NCBI RefSeq assembly: GCF_006345805.1
Contig: NC_043005.1
Location: 85,498,001-85,562,000, forward strand
Reading direction: 5' to 3'
Origin: Octopus sinensis
Taxonomy: Eukaryota
Length of the DNA: 64,000 nucleotides
Below the pieces are notes generated by a model that was given only the letters and a program-made list of their open reading frames with translations, was not told the origin of the DNA and did not search any database. This document shows, piece by piece, positions 23,376 to 36,285 of this stretch. The position numbers and the translations under genes were made by a program. Each line of letters starts with the position of its first letter. The stretch's first letter is position 1.

Positions 23376-23831
23376 GTGAAAAAACTTAACATATCTACTT
23401 TTTCCGAGGCCCATCCAACGTCCGATAGCAATTGCAACTGCCCTGATAAAACCGCCTGCCCCCTGAACAACAACTGCCTACAGAGGGACCTAGTATATAC
23501 ATGCGAGGTAAGATCAGGCCCTGACGATAAAAGAAAATCCTACATCGGAATGACGTCAAACAGCTTTAAGACCCGTTGGTACGCACACACACACTCGTTC
23601 CGGCGACAGGATAAATCCAACCAAACTACCCTCGCCGTCCACATCTGGTACCTTAAAAGGAAACTCCATCCCCTTCAAGACCAAGTGGAAACTACTACAG
23701 AAGGCGCGTTCGTACACAGGAGGCCATACCTACTGCTGTGTGACCTCTGCATTTCGGAGAGCCTAGAGATCTTGTTCGCCAAAGGCCCTCTCCTAACAAA
23801 TCTCAGAACACTCCCCAAATTGCATGCATAA
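23376..23831 (+). mobile_element. Penelope-like GIY-YIG endonuclease domain fragment
   Basis: CNC...CPLNNNCL...VYTCEV...SYIGMT..FKTRWYAHTHSF...TTLAVHIW...LCDLCISE: Cys-rich linker plus VY-YIG motif typical of PLE endonucleases; C-terminus frameshifted. Confidence 0.9.
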
Positions 23832-24149
23832 GAAGTAGGCAAACTACAAGAACTATAGACCTACCCGGCAACCAGATTGATGACACCCCACCCACAAAAC
23901 CCCCCCAATCCCACCGTTCCCCTAGCACCCCCAATTACCTTTTCTCCTAAGACCTTTCACATATTGTATGTGCACGCTTGTATATGTAAATTACTTTGCC
24001 ACATACTGAACTTTCTAGAAATAGCAGCCAAAAAAGTTTTTTAGCCTCTTCCACGACTTCGAAAATATTTTCTCTCAGACATTGTTTACTCAAAATAATA
24101 ATGGTCCTTTTACATACTGAATACTTGGTGAGATTGATTAATAACTAAT

Positions 24150-24540
24150 TAACTTTACCCTCAATTGTTGATATATGTATGTGTATATGTATATATATGT
24201 ACATGTATGTATGTGTGTGTATATATATGTATATATATGTGTATGTGTATGTGTGTGCGTATGTATATATATATATATATATATATATCGCGTGTGTATA
24301 TGAGTATTTATGTATATATATATTTTTATATAATATATATATGTATATGTATATGTATGTGTGTGGTGTATATGATATATGTATATATATGAGTGTACGC
24401 GAGTATGTCGATGTATATGTAGGTATGTAGAGTTTATGTGTATGTGCATGTATGTGAGTGTAGATACAAATTGTAGATGTGTATATATATGTGTATGTAT
24501 GATACATGTATATAGGTATATGTATGTGTGTGTATATACT

Positions 24541-24572
<32 letters not shown>

Positions 24573-25828
24573 ATATTATATGTATATGCGAGTCTGTAGA
24601 GATATAAGTATGTGCATGTGTATATTGGTGTATATAATATGTATATGTATGTGTATGTGTATGTATGTATATATATATGTGTGTGTGTGTGTATGTGTGT
24701 ATATGTATGTATATATGTATATATGTGTATATGTGTACGTGTGGGTATATATGTGTTTTGTATATGTATATATGTGTGTGTATATGTATGTGTGTATATA
24801 TATATATATATATTTTGTATGTATTATATGTATGTATGTGTAAATGTATATGTATGTGTATATATGTATATATTTGTATGTGGAATATGTGTATGTATGC
24901 ATATATGTATGTATGTATGTATGTATTATGTAGGTATATTGTGGTGTAAGTGTGTGTATATATGTATATGTAAGTGTGTTGCGTGTATGAGTATGTATGT
25001 ATGTTTGCACACATGTATATGTGTGTGTGTATGTATATATATAATATATATATCTATCTATATATATCTGTGGTGTGTATATATGTGTGTATGTATGTGT
25101 GTGTGTATATGTATGTGTGTGTATGTGTATGTGTATATGTACATATACGTGTACGCTCGTGTGTTTATGTATATGTAGGTACGTAGAGTTATCTATGTGT
25201 GTATGTATATGTACATATGTGTAAGTATGTATATATATATATGTGTATGTGTATGTGTGTATATATATATATATATATGTATATGTATATATATATGTAT
25301 ATATATATATATATATATATGTGTGTAAGTTTATATGTATGTATCCGTCTATATAATGGGTAACTGCACGTACATATACTTAATATTTATTATTTATTTT
25401 TTGAGTATGCATGTATGAATAACTGCGCGTATATATATCTTATTATTTACTTATTTTTTGAGTATGCATGTAAGTATGAATATAAGGAGGCGCGTGTGTG
25501 TGTGTGTATATGTAAGCATAGATATATGTATACTTTTACGCATGTGTGTACTTATGTGTATATATGGATGCGCGTGTGGTGTGTGTATGGGTACGCATGT
25601 ACATGTGTATGTGCGTCTATGTGTATATGTGTATGTATGTATTGTGTGCGTATATTTGTATATGTATGTATGTATATGTATGTATTGTATGTATGTATAA
25701 TATATATTATGGTGGGTGTATGTGGATAAATGTATGTATTAGGTTATGGATGTATGTATGTATGTATCGTATGTATGTGTATGTGTGTAGATGTTATGTA
25801 TGTGTATGTGTGTGTATATATATATATG
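24150..25828. repeat. ~1.7-kb irregular (TGTA)/(TA)/(TG) microsatellite
   Basis: Low-complexity sequence; all overlapping ORFs are YVC/IYT repeats. Confidence 0.95.
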
Positions 25829-28800
25829 TGCAGGCTGCCGCTTTGCACATCGGGACCCTGCCACAGAGACACGAGGCGATGGACAACCATCACACAAAGA
25901 AAGGGATGGACCACGCACCACCTGTCCCAAGCGGAGGTACGCAGATGTTGTGCGCGCCACAAACAGCCACATGATGTTGTCGAAAGAGCAGCTGCTGAGC
26001 ACAATCTTTTTTGTGCATGGCACAAAAGATTGTACAGCAGCTGACCTGGCTTCATCAAACCCAAGCCCGCAGGTGGGACTACCCACTATATACCAGACCA
26101 CCACAGCAAACAGACACAGGATGGACACCGCCGGCAACAACGTACACCTCACCTCGATACTTCTACTGAACATCAGAGGACTGCAAACACTCAGTAACAG
26201 GACAAAGATCCCGTTCCTGAGAGACTTTGTTGCATGCAATCAAGCCATATGCATAGCACTTACAGAAACCGGACATAGCAGATGCGGAGTTACACATACC
26301 ACAGTATGCTGTACTACGGACCGACAGGAAAGAAAGGAGTCATGGAGGTGTTGCTATGTACATCCGTGAGGACCTCACACCCCAGGTCCTCTTGTCATAC
26401 TCAAACTCGGTGTGTGACACACTAATTGTACATATTAAGCAACTTGATGTAGTTGTGTGTGCTACATATCGCCCTCCAGATGCCCCAAGCCATGTGGGCA
26501 AGTTTGAAGACTGCCTTATAAAATAGAAGAAATTCTAACCACATTAGAACAACACATAGTTGTGCTTCTTATGGGAGACTTCAATCTGCCAATGTCAGAT
26601 GGCCCGAGGGCCTTTCTCTCCCAGGAATGACAAGATGTGAACGAGGACAGGCGAGGTCCCTCCTGAACCTCATCAACACCCTGTACATGGAGCAGGTAAT
26701 ACTCCAACCAACCAGGGCAGGTAACACACTGGATCTCTGCTTCACAAATGACATGGATCTCATCCATAATGTGAAAGTGACACCGACACTACTCTCGGAT
26801 CACAACATGATAGAGCTGACCATGTACGGGCCAAAAGAGAGCACGGACATGCAGCCTACAAGAACCCCTCAAAATCTTTCCAGCTTGAACTACCATAAGG
26901 CAAACTGGAAACAAATTGAGAAAGAGATCCTCAAACAAAACTGGCCTAAATGTCTCTCCTCGCCAGACATCGACGTGAAACTTCAACAATTCATGTCTGT
27001 AATGCAAGCCATATGCTACAAATGTGTCCCAGAGAGAAAGGCCACTGTACACAAGAACAAATCCCCAGAGAGAGGAAAATCTTAATGAGACGGCGTACGA
27101 AATTTTCAAATCGCCTAAACAAACAGATTGAAAGCAGTGAAAAGTCCCGCCTAAAAATAAAACTGTTGGAAATCGAAAAATGTCTGCAACTCTCCCATGA
27201 AAAAAAAGAGCAGACAAAGAAGCCTGGGCTATAGAAAACATAAAATCTAACCCCAGAGCTTTCTACAGTATGCCAAAGAAACAGCTACAGTGCACTGTAG
27301 AATAGGGCCACTCCTCGAAAAGGATGGCACACTTACAGGAAAACCAATGAGGGTAAGTGAAATACTGAATGAGCAATTCAAGAGTGTTTTCACTCCACCC
27401 CTTGGGCATCTCCAATCACCAATCCAACTGACTTTTTTACCACTGCAGATATAAAATCAGAGGCGCGGCGACGATAGATTACATCGATATAAAGGAAGAC
27501 GATGTAACCAAGGCTATAGATGAAATGAAAACAGACTCAGCTACTGGGCCCGATGGATTCCCGGCAATCCTCCTAAAAGCATGTAAGAGAGTCCTAGCAA
27601 GACCACTGCAGTTCCTCTTTCAGAGCTTCCTTGCAGCTGGCAAACTTCCAGGAAAACTGAAGGAAGGTAAAAATATGCCCCATTCATAAAGGAGGTAGCA
27701 GAGCGGAAGCCAAGAACTATAGACCTATCTCTCTGACCTCACACATCAGCAAGGTCATGGAACGAATAGTCAGAAGAAAGCTGATCCCTTCCTTGAAGAG
27801 AATGACTTGCTGCCCGACACCCAACATGGTTTCCGACCAGGAGAAGCTGTTTTAACTCAGCTCCTACAACACTATGACTGGGTGCTGAAACGGCTGCTCA
27901 ACCACTCAAATGTGGAAGTGATATATCTCGACTTTGCAAAGGCCTTTGATAAAGTCGATCATGGAATGATATGTCACAAACTGCGTGCGTGATCTCAACA
28001 TAGTTGGAAACTGGGAGAATGGCTTCATGACTTTCTGAAGGATAGAAGTCAGGTGGTAGTAGCCAATGGGGCCACCTCCATTAACACACAAATAGTGAGC
28101 GGTGTTCCGCAGGGCACTGTTCTGGGACCACTACTGTTCATAATGGCCTCTCAGACATGCCCTCAGCCACGCAGAGAGCCACGATCACAAGTTTGCAGAT
28201 GATACAAAAGTTTCACAGGCAATACAGAACCCTGAGGACACTAAACACCTGCAATGTGAGCTGGACGAAATATACAAGTGGGCTGAAAAGAATAGCATGC
28301 AGTTCATGCTGGAAAGTTTCAAGCTTTAATACTATCAGCATGCAAAACTGAATGCAATACCCAATGAATACACTGGACCCGGAGGGTTGCAATCCCAGAG
28401 GCACAATCAGTGCGTGACCTGGGTATTCACATGAGTGATGACGCGACCTTTCATGTACATGTTGCTAAACTGACAATGAAATGTAGACGGCTGGCTGGAT
28501 GGATTCTTAGAACCTTTAGAAACAAGAAACAAGAAACCATGATGGTCCTCTGGAAGACACTTGTCCTAAGCCACTTTGACTATTGCTCTCAGCTATGTCA
28601 CCATCCAGTGTCAAGTTGATCACAGACTTGAGGCGATCCAACGAAGCTACACAAAGAAATAGCCTCTATGCAGAATGTAAGCTACTGGGAAAGACTCAAG
28701 AGATTAAATTATATTCCCTGGAGCGTAGGCGGAAAGATATGCCATAATATACATCTGGAAGATTCTGGAAAGAAGTTCCTGAACTTTGGCATCGAGAGTT

Positions 28801-29175
28801 ACGCAAATGCCAGAACTGGGCGCCACTGCGTGGTGCCTAGGACTCCAAACCTGCCATCAAGATGTAGGACAAGATTCTGTGATAGCCGGGGCTTCCGAGG
28901 CCTACAGCTCTTCAATATCCTCCCGAAGAACCTGAGAGACCTGCATGGGGTGGATACAGATGTCTTTAAAAATGAAGCTGGATCTCTTCCTGTCAGTGTC
29001 CCAGATGAACCAACTTCACGGCAGGAGGGGCAGATGAGGGCAGCTGCATCGAACTCTCTCATGCACCAAATAGCAGTTGCTAGAAAGCCTCTATGAAGTG
29101 AAACCAAGTAGCAACACCAAATGGCGGTGCCCCAGCATGGCCACAGCTCATAAGCTGAAACTAGAATCAATCAAT
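25829..29175 (+). mobile_element. CR1/L2-group LINE: end of ORF1, near-complete APE-RT ORF2 (frameshifted) and 3' tail
   Basis: GCRFAH (CCCH-like) near 25830; ATG 26121; APE motifs ILLLNIRGL, IALTET, GDFNLP, TRAGNTLDL; RT motifs KNYRPISLTS, QHGFR, YLDFAKAFDKVDH, SGVPQGTVLGPLLF, FADDTK, RDLGI, DYCSQL, YWERLK; tail ggcggtgccccagcatggccacagctcataagctgaaac. Confidence 0.95.
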
Positions 29176-29822
29176 AAAAATAAATAAATAAATATATATA
29201 TGTGCGTGTTTGTGTATATATATATGTGCGTGTATATATATATATGTTCAATTTGACAACTCCACTAGAATGGACGAAAGCGCTAATATATGATATATGA
29301 TATATGATGTATAAAAACATGTAATATACAAAAAAATATCTGTAAATATAAAACCATCTGAATTTCTGAGTACCTCATTTCTTCTAATATAAAATACCTG
29401 TACATCAACTCCAAGCCTTCTAATATATATATATATATATATATATGTACACTCACATACTCACACACACACATACACACATACCCCCCCCCACACACAC
29501 ACATGTATATATGCTGGCCTTTGCAGAAAATAATGTTTGTGGGGCAGGTGTTTAGGAGATGTTGAAGATTTATGATAACAACAGGAAGAATACAAATTGT
29601 TAGAGATGAATATAATAGGAACCACTTCTCAACTGTATTTTCTATTTTTTATTCTAAACAAATATGTCTGTTATTTTAAGATTGTGAAAAGGATTGTTAA
29701 TAACATTGTTATGTAACAATAATTTTCTTGTAAACTATTTTAGAGTGGCTTTTGTTTGTTGTGTTTTTTTCTCTCTCTCTGCACATAATCAGCTTAAAAT
29801 TAGCACTGCTCTCCATTCTTAA

Positions 29823-29898
<76 letters not shown>

Positions 29899-31241
29899 GA
29901 AAACGTAATGTTTTTTGCTTTTTACTTTTGCTAAAAAAAAATGCAAAAATTGATTTAACTATCAAGAAAAATATTGTATGACTGTACAAAAGAACAAAAA
30001 AATTTCCGACTCCTGTGGAATAATACACACACACACACACACACGCATACACACACACACACGCGCGCGTGCGCGCGTGAGATAAATGCATATTTAAAGA
30101 AATATTTTTGTATGCTCATCTGAAGATTTTTCCATTGTACTTATGGTGTTATTAATAATATATATATTTGCCTATGAAAAGGTGTATTGTGAGACTAAGG
30201 TAATTGTTCATAAGTGTCCGTCTCTTGCTTTAGTGTTTGTTCAACAGGTTTGTTATTGTTTTTTTTATATACATGATGTCTTAGTGTCTCTCTTGAGATT
30301 CCTATCAATAAGATTCTTTAGGATTTTCATATCTAGATACTTAATTTTTTCCCCTATAATTTTAATCCAGAGTAAATGACGATATGTTCTTATATCTTAT
30401 CATCCTCCTCCTCCTCATCATCATCATCATTATCATTAAACTCTCCTTTTTTTTCTATGCCGGCATGGGTTAGACAACCTCACACGACCTGATGAGCCAG
30501 AGGGCTGTACTGAGCTCCTGTCATTGCTGTGACGGTTTCTACAGCTAGATGCCCTTCTTAATGCCAACCATTTTACAAACTGTACTGAGTGCATTTTATG
30601 TGGCACCAATAGCAGTTTCTTTTTACGTTGCACTATCACCAGAGCTTTTTACGTGGCACCAGCACCTGTGATTTTTACGTGGCACCAGCACTGGTGCCTT
30701 TTATGTGGCACCATCATATCAGTTGATAAAATATTTATACGTCCACAGTGTGCTTTTGTTTTGGTTTTGTCATCACAATACAATACTGATCAAGCATTCT
30801 ATCCATGTTCAACCATACAGGTTGTTTAAAGGTTGCTATGACTACATTGTGTAGTGACAATTTTTATGTAGATAGCAGTGCATCGTTTGAGAGTGAATTA
30901 GCTGGCATATTTTCAGTAAGTAAAGCTACGACATAGATAAGCCTTCGCTGATTCACCGAAATATTGTTTGTGTGACATAAACACAGATTTCCAAACCTTT
31001 CAGAAAGCTCAGGTGTAATACAGAAAGAAATGTGGAGAATAGATGTATTAGAAATACAAGTTAGAATTCAGCAAGAATAACACTAAGTCAAATAAGCATT
31101 TAATATAAGCAAACACGTCAGTTTATAAACACCTGCTGAAGTGTCAGACCAAGGAATTTACTGTAGCCATCAGAGCCTTATAATGCAACACAGGTGTTTT
31201 TAGAACCGAGGAGACAAACTTAATTATTAAATTTAAATGTC

Positions 31242-31422
31242 TTACCATTTAGCATTGAGATTTTTCTGTGAAATATAATGCTTATTTATTCACATTGTTT
31301 TGAAATAACCATGCGTTATTATCTTATAGCTTCGAGATTTTGATAATATGATTATCTTTTGCATGACATTGTAAGTAGATGTGAAAGGCCAGATATGGCA
31401 GATATAAATACTAAAAGGTTTA
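31242..31422. mobile_element. ~180-bp MITE with short TIRs (possibly TTAA/piggyBac-type)
   Basis: Ends ttaccatttagcatt ... aaatactaaaaggttta are imperfect inverted repeats. Confidence 0.45.
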
Positions 31423-31907
31423 TGTGACACAAGGGCAACTCGTTATTACAAAACCACCAGTCTGCACATCAGAGCAAGGATAAGAGCGTAATATCATCTC
31501 CTATTTTTCCATTTATCCCGATGAAGAAGTTTTGACACCCAAATATCGAAGAAATACAAGGTAGACCATTGATTGTTGATGTTTTCACTTCTGTACTGCA
31601 TTATCTTACATCGAACAAATTTTAATCTAATTTAATATCTCACAATGCTTCACCAAACCACTCTAGACTATTAAGTATGAGTAATTGTAAACAAAGAACA
31701 AAAGAACAATATGTTAGCACGTTTCTGATTATTGAATGTCGCATATATTTGTGTGTGTATACGAGTAGACAAACTAGGCAATCAGCACATTTAGTAGGTG
31801 TTACATATATAATTAAAAACATTTTTTGAATCGAGCAGTTTTTAATAATAATAATAATAATAATAATAATATAATAATAATAATATAATAATAATAATAA
31901 AATAATA

Positions 31908-33310
31908 AAGTTTCAATATCGTTAACTGGTCAATTACTGAAATATGTCAGCTCGACAGAAAAATAAGAAAACTGTTGACAATGCATAGAATGCACCACCC
32001 TAAGGCAGATACAGAACGACTTTATCTGCCAAGAAAAGAGGGAGGCCGTGGTCTTTTGCAACTGGCAATAAGAATGAAGATTGCTACAATTGGCCTAGAC
32101 ACATACCTGAAAAACTCTGAGGACTGGATGTTAAAACTTGTCTCAAAACATGAAAACAAGAAAGCATCATACTCAGTAACAAAACAGGCAAAGGAATATC
32201 TAAGTGAATTCCGAATACAACAAATTTCGGAATTAGAGATAGTCATACAAGAAACAAGCACAGAAAAATATTTGAAAGAATATGCACACACACAAGCATG
32301 AAAACCCGTGCCAAAACTGCGGCCTTAGATATTCTGAAAAATAAATGGCAAGAAAAACCTCTCTATGGCAAATACCCAAAGAGAGCGAATAATGCAGATC
32401 TTGACAAAGCCCTGACCCATCAACGGCTAATGGCCTTTGGCTTAAAATCTGAAACAGAAGGGTTTATCATAGCAGCTCAAGATCAATGCCTACCAACAAG
32501 AAACTACCAGGCCAACATATTAAAGAACGGCAGTAGCCCAACATGTCGTGTATGCCGACAACAAAATGAAACCATTGATCATGTTGTCTCCAAATGCAGT
32601 CTTCTAGCGCCTACAGAGTACCTCAACGGGCGTGATAGAGCTGCACAATATATTCACTGGGTAATTTGCAAAAACCTGGATTTTCCCCATGAAAAAAACT
32701 GGTGGGAACACAATCCACCTCCAGTGCTTGAAAATGACCACATCTCACTCCTCTGGAACTTCACCATTCAAACTGACAGAAAGATAGATGCAAATAGGCC
32801 AGACATCATATTGAAAGACTTCAGACAAAGAACATGCCTCCTCATTGATATGACTGTCCAAATCGATATAAACGTATCTGTCAAGACCTACCAAAAACTG
32901 AGCAAATATAAAGATCTTGAAATAGAAATCAGCAAAATGTGGAACCTGAAGACTAAAACAATACCTGTTGTCATAGGTGCCCGGGGAATGATAGCGAAAG
33001 AGGCTGATTGCTACCTAACTCAGATACCAGGAAACCCCAAAATGGCAGAAATTCAAAAGATAGTGCTCATGGGAACTGCTCATTACCTACGCAAAATACT
33101 CTCTATGTAATCCCAAGGTTTAAAACAAACTTTTTAAAAAAAATTTATGTATTAGACATTCACTAGTACAACACCAAAAAAAAAAAAAACAAATATATGG
33201 CACACTAGGCATAACAACAACGTGAACTTCCAACCTGTTGTCTCTTGAGGTCTCTGGATGAGACTTGGAGCCAACTTGTACAGACATAAAGCAAAAGTCA
33301 AACATAGAAT
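31908..33310 (+). mobile_element. 5'-truncated Dong/R4-clade non-LTR retrotransposon
   Basis: RT end DRKIRKLLTMH..HPKAD..RLYLPRKEGGRGL, CCHC knuckle CRVC..ETIDHVVSKC, RLE motif RPDII...LIDMT..K.SKYKDL; 3' UTR runs into (TAA)n; 5' junction also in (TAA)n. Confidence 0.92.
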
Positions 33311-33377
33311 AACAATAATAATAATAACCACAACAACAGCAACAGCAACACCAACAATGATGATGATGATGATGATG

Positions 33378-33420
<43 letters not shown>

Positions 33421-33421
<1 letters not shown>

Positions 33422-33765
33422 TCATTGAAATTGAGAAAATGTGGCATCGCAAGGCGGTTACAATACCAGTGATCGTAGGAGCACTAGGAATGATCAAGAA
33501 GGGAACCGAAAATTATATGAGAATGATCCCTGGCTTACCATCCCTGCAAGAAGTGCAAAAGATTGTCTTAACTGGTACATCACACGTATTGAGAAGAGCA
33601 TTGTCGATGTGAGAACTATTACTACCCATGTATTTTAATTTAACTTAAAAAAAATATGAACGAACTAGTGAGTTTAGTTTAATGGCCTACCAATGTATAC
33701 TATGAATCTCTTTGCCCTAGGAGTCGGGAAGACACTCGGCAAGAAATGGAAGCAAATTTGAAAGA
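33421..33765 (+). mobile_element. Second Dong/R4 3' fragment (different subfamily)
   Basis: LIEIEKMWHRKAVTIPVIVGALGMIKKG; distinct 3' UTR ending in (TAA)n. Confidence 0.8.
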
Positions 33766-33785
33766 AGAAAATAATAATAATGATG

Positions 33786-33832
<47 letters not shown>

Positions 33833-33875
33833 CACAACAACAGCAACAGCAAGAACAACAACAACAATAACAATG

Positions 33876-33908
<33 letters not shown>

Positions 33909-33994
33909 CCTAGCTCCTATACCTATCTGCTTGCCTTCCTGCCTACCTACCTCCCTACCTACCTACCTACCTACCTACCTACCTATCTAGCTCA

Positions 33995-34130
33995 TAAAGA
34001 AGGAAACTCCAAAATGGCAGAAATTCAAAAGATAATGCTCATCGGAACTGTCCATATCCTACGTAAAATACTTTCTATGTAATCTCAAATTTTAAAACAA
34101 ACTCATAATTTTCTTGTGTTCTCGTAAACA
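33995..34130 (+). mobile_element. Third Dong/R4 3' fragment
   Basis: GNSKMAEIQKIMLIGTVHILRKILSM*, same subfamily as 31908-33310. Confidence 0.8.
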
Positions 34131-34139
34131 TTTTCTAGA

Positions 34140-34585
34140 AGCGACTAATACCAAAACTATTCGGTTGATTATTCCTTATGGGAGGCAAAATTAAATCTAA
34201 TCTTCATTTCCAGTTTCGGGAAGCTGTTATTAGGAATTTTCCAAAGAATTCTAGGTATTACTCAGTTATCAACTCGCACATGGTTAGTATTGGTTTTTCA
34301 AACACAAAAAAATCTCTCACAAATTTTCTCCTCAAATAATATTAGTTTGTTAAATAAGAATCCAGTTACTAATACTAACATTAATTTAGCTAATAAGAAC
34401 CATCCCTCCAGAAATATGAATAACAAGGTTATTGTCTCTGAAGTCAATTCCAACAGAATTAAGTTTATGTCTAGTAATTCTAAGATTAAAAATTCTATAT
34501 ACCAGTGTAAAATTGCTTCAGGTACCGATGTTTTTTTTCATATAGGCAGTTCTTCTTCTCAGTTATCTAAAAGAATGACTGCTGA
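34140..34585 (+). mobile_element. Highly decayed Penelope-like RT-thumb/linker/GIY-YIG relic
   Basis: RNFPKNSRYYSVINSHMVSIGFSNTKNLSQIFSSNN (cf. KHFPK...KIFNRNTVK.SYSC..N...II..HN) and IYQCKI...FHIGSS...LSKR (VY...YIG...KR). Confidence 0.55.
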
Positions 34586-34858
34586 GGTGTGTGTGGGTGT
34601 GTATGTATGTATGTATGTATGTATGTGTGTGTGTGTGTGTGTGTGTATGCATATTAGCAAGGGTGAGTAAGGTACCTCGATCATACTTGTCTTCCTTGCA
34701 GTTTTAAAATTGGAATATGCATAAAACTGAATACTGTGTAAAATGCATGTTTTATGTCAGTTGGTCCAGAGTTGCGTAAAAAACAACATAAAACAAAAAA
34801 AAAACAGGGAATAACAAACATGGTGTCTTAGTTTGACGCTCAGGAAAAATGGAAGTGT

Positions 34859-34894
34859 CTTTGACGTTTCGAGCCTAAGCTCTTCTACAGAAAG
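34859..34894 (-). ncRNA. Hammerhead-like motif, variant core CUGUAGA (pLTR family 2), best copy
   Basis: CUUU-CUGUAGA-A-GAGC(uuag)GCUC-GAAA-CG-UC-AAAG: perfect helices I and II, ACGU palindrome, GUC triplet. Confidence 0.65.
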
Positions 34895-35182
34895 GAATAA
34901 ATATATATATATTCCTTTACTTGTTTCAGTCATTTGACTGCGGCCATGCTGGAGTACCACCTTTAGTCGAGCAAATCGACCCCAGAGCTTATTTTTGCTA
35001 AGCCTAGTACTTATTCTCTTGGTCTTTTCTGCCGAACCGCTAAGTTACGGCGACGTAAACACACCAGCATCGGATGTCAAGCGATATTGGTGGAGAGACA
35101 AACACAGACATATAAACACATACATGCGCACACACACACACGCAGACACAGACACACACACACACATACACACACACACACA

Positions 35183-35230
<48 letters not shown>

Positions 35231-35344
35231 GTACATATATACATATACGACGGGCTCCTTTCAGTTTCGGTCTACCAAAGCCACTCACAAGGCTTTGGTC
35301 GGCTCGAGGCTATAGTAGAAGACTAGCCACTCCTATATGCATAT

Positions 35345-36285
35345 TTAACTTTGAAAAAGGTTTCGGCCAGTGTAGGCCCAGACCATGTCTAACTTAATAA
35401 CACCACCCGGTGACGTATATTAGTCATATATGGGGAACCTTGGCCCACTCTAGGAAAGAGTTATTCTTGGAGACATATCCGGGTGTAGGATGTTGGTCCG
35501 GGAATTTTTAAAGAAATTTGTCCAGTGAACTTTTGAATTTTATGGGATCCATTTCCGTTTCGACGTATTTTGGTATAGCATTAAAGAGAGCTGGACCAGT
35601 TGAGGTAAAGTAGTTGTAACGTAATGTTGTATGTCCTTGAGTTCGATTTTTGTAGTGGGCGGATTGCACGGAGTCCAAGTCTTGGCTGGATTTTAAAATT
35701 GATGCCAACATCCTTTGTACAATATTGATGGAATATTGTCCACATCACACAAATGATGCAGCGCTCTCGGCGGTGTTGAAGAGAGTAGAGACTGAGATTT
35801 TTAGCCGACCCCAATAGTCAGTGCCTATCATGACGTGTATCTTTCTTGTTATCGACCTCTGGAGTGCTTCCACTTTCATAATGAGTTGCTTCGTGAGGGT
35901 GGACCACAGTGGGCAACAGTATTCAAGGTGGGGTCGAGCAAAAGTAGAGTAGAGAAGGATGATGGAGTGGGCATCTCTAGACCGGTAAGTTCTCAGAATT
36001 CAGGAGCACATCTTGCGGGCCAAGTCAACCTTGCTGTTTACATGGGAACTAAAACTTAGATTGTTATCAACAATTACTCCAAGATATGTGGTGTTGTTGG
36101 ATGACATTAGGGAGTCACCCGAGGGAAGAGCATATGGTAGTTTCGGAGTATCCGCTTTTCCAAAATGAATCAAATTAAACTTATCCTCATTTAAAAGCAT
36201 ATTGCTTTTTTCCCATCCGTTGGACAACTGCAAACAGATCCGACTGAAAGCATGTTCGATCTTCCATACCGTTTATGGCTTTCTG
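35345..36285 (-). mobile_element. CR1/L2-group LINE 3' fragment, second family
   Basis: QSDL...NMLLNEDKF..HFG...YLGVIVDNNLSFSSHV...RKMCSW..RT....LEYCCPLWS; QHRRERCII; ends in ggtggtgttattaagttagacatggtctgggcc...tggccgaaac tail. Confidence 0.85.

Noticed and set aside
30110-30400. Possible PLE RT-thumb relic on the minus strand (KYLDMKI...)
   Set aside because: One weak motif among many stops.
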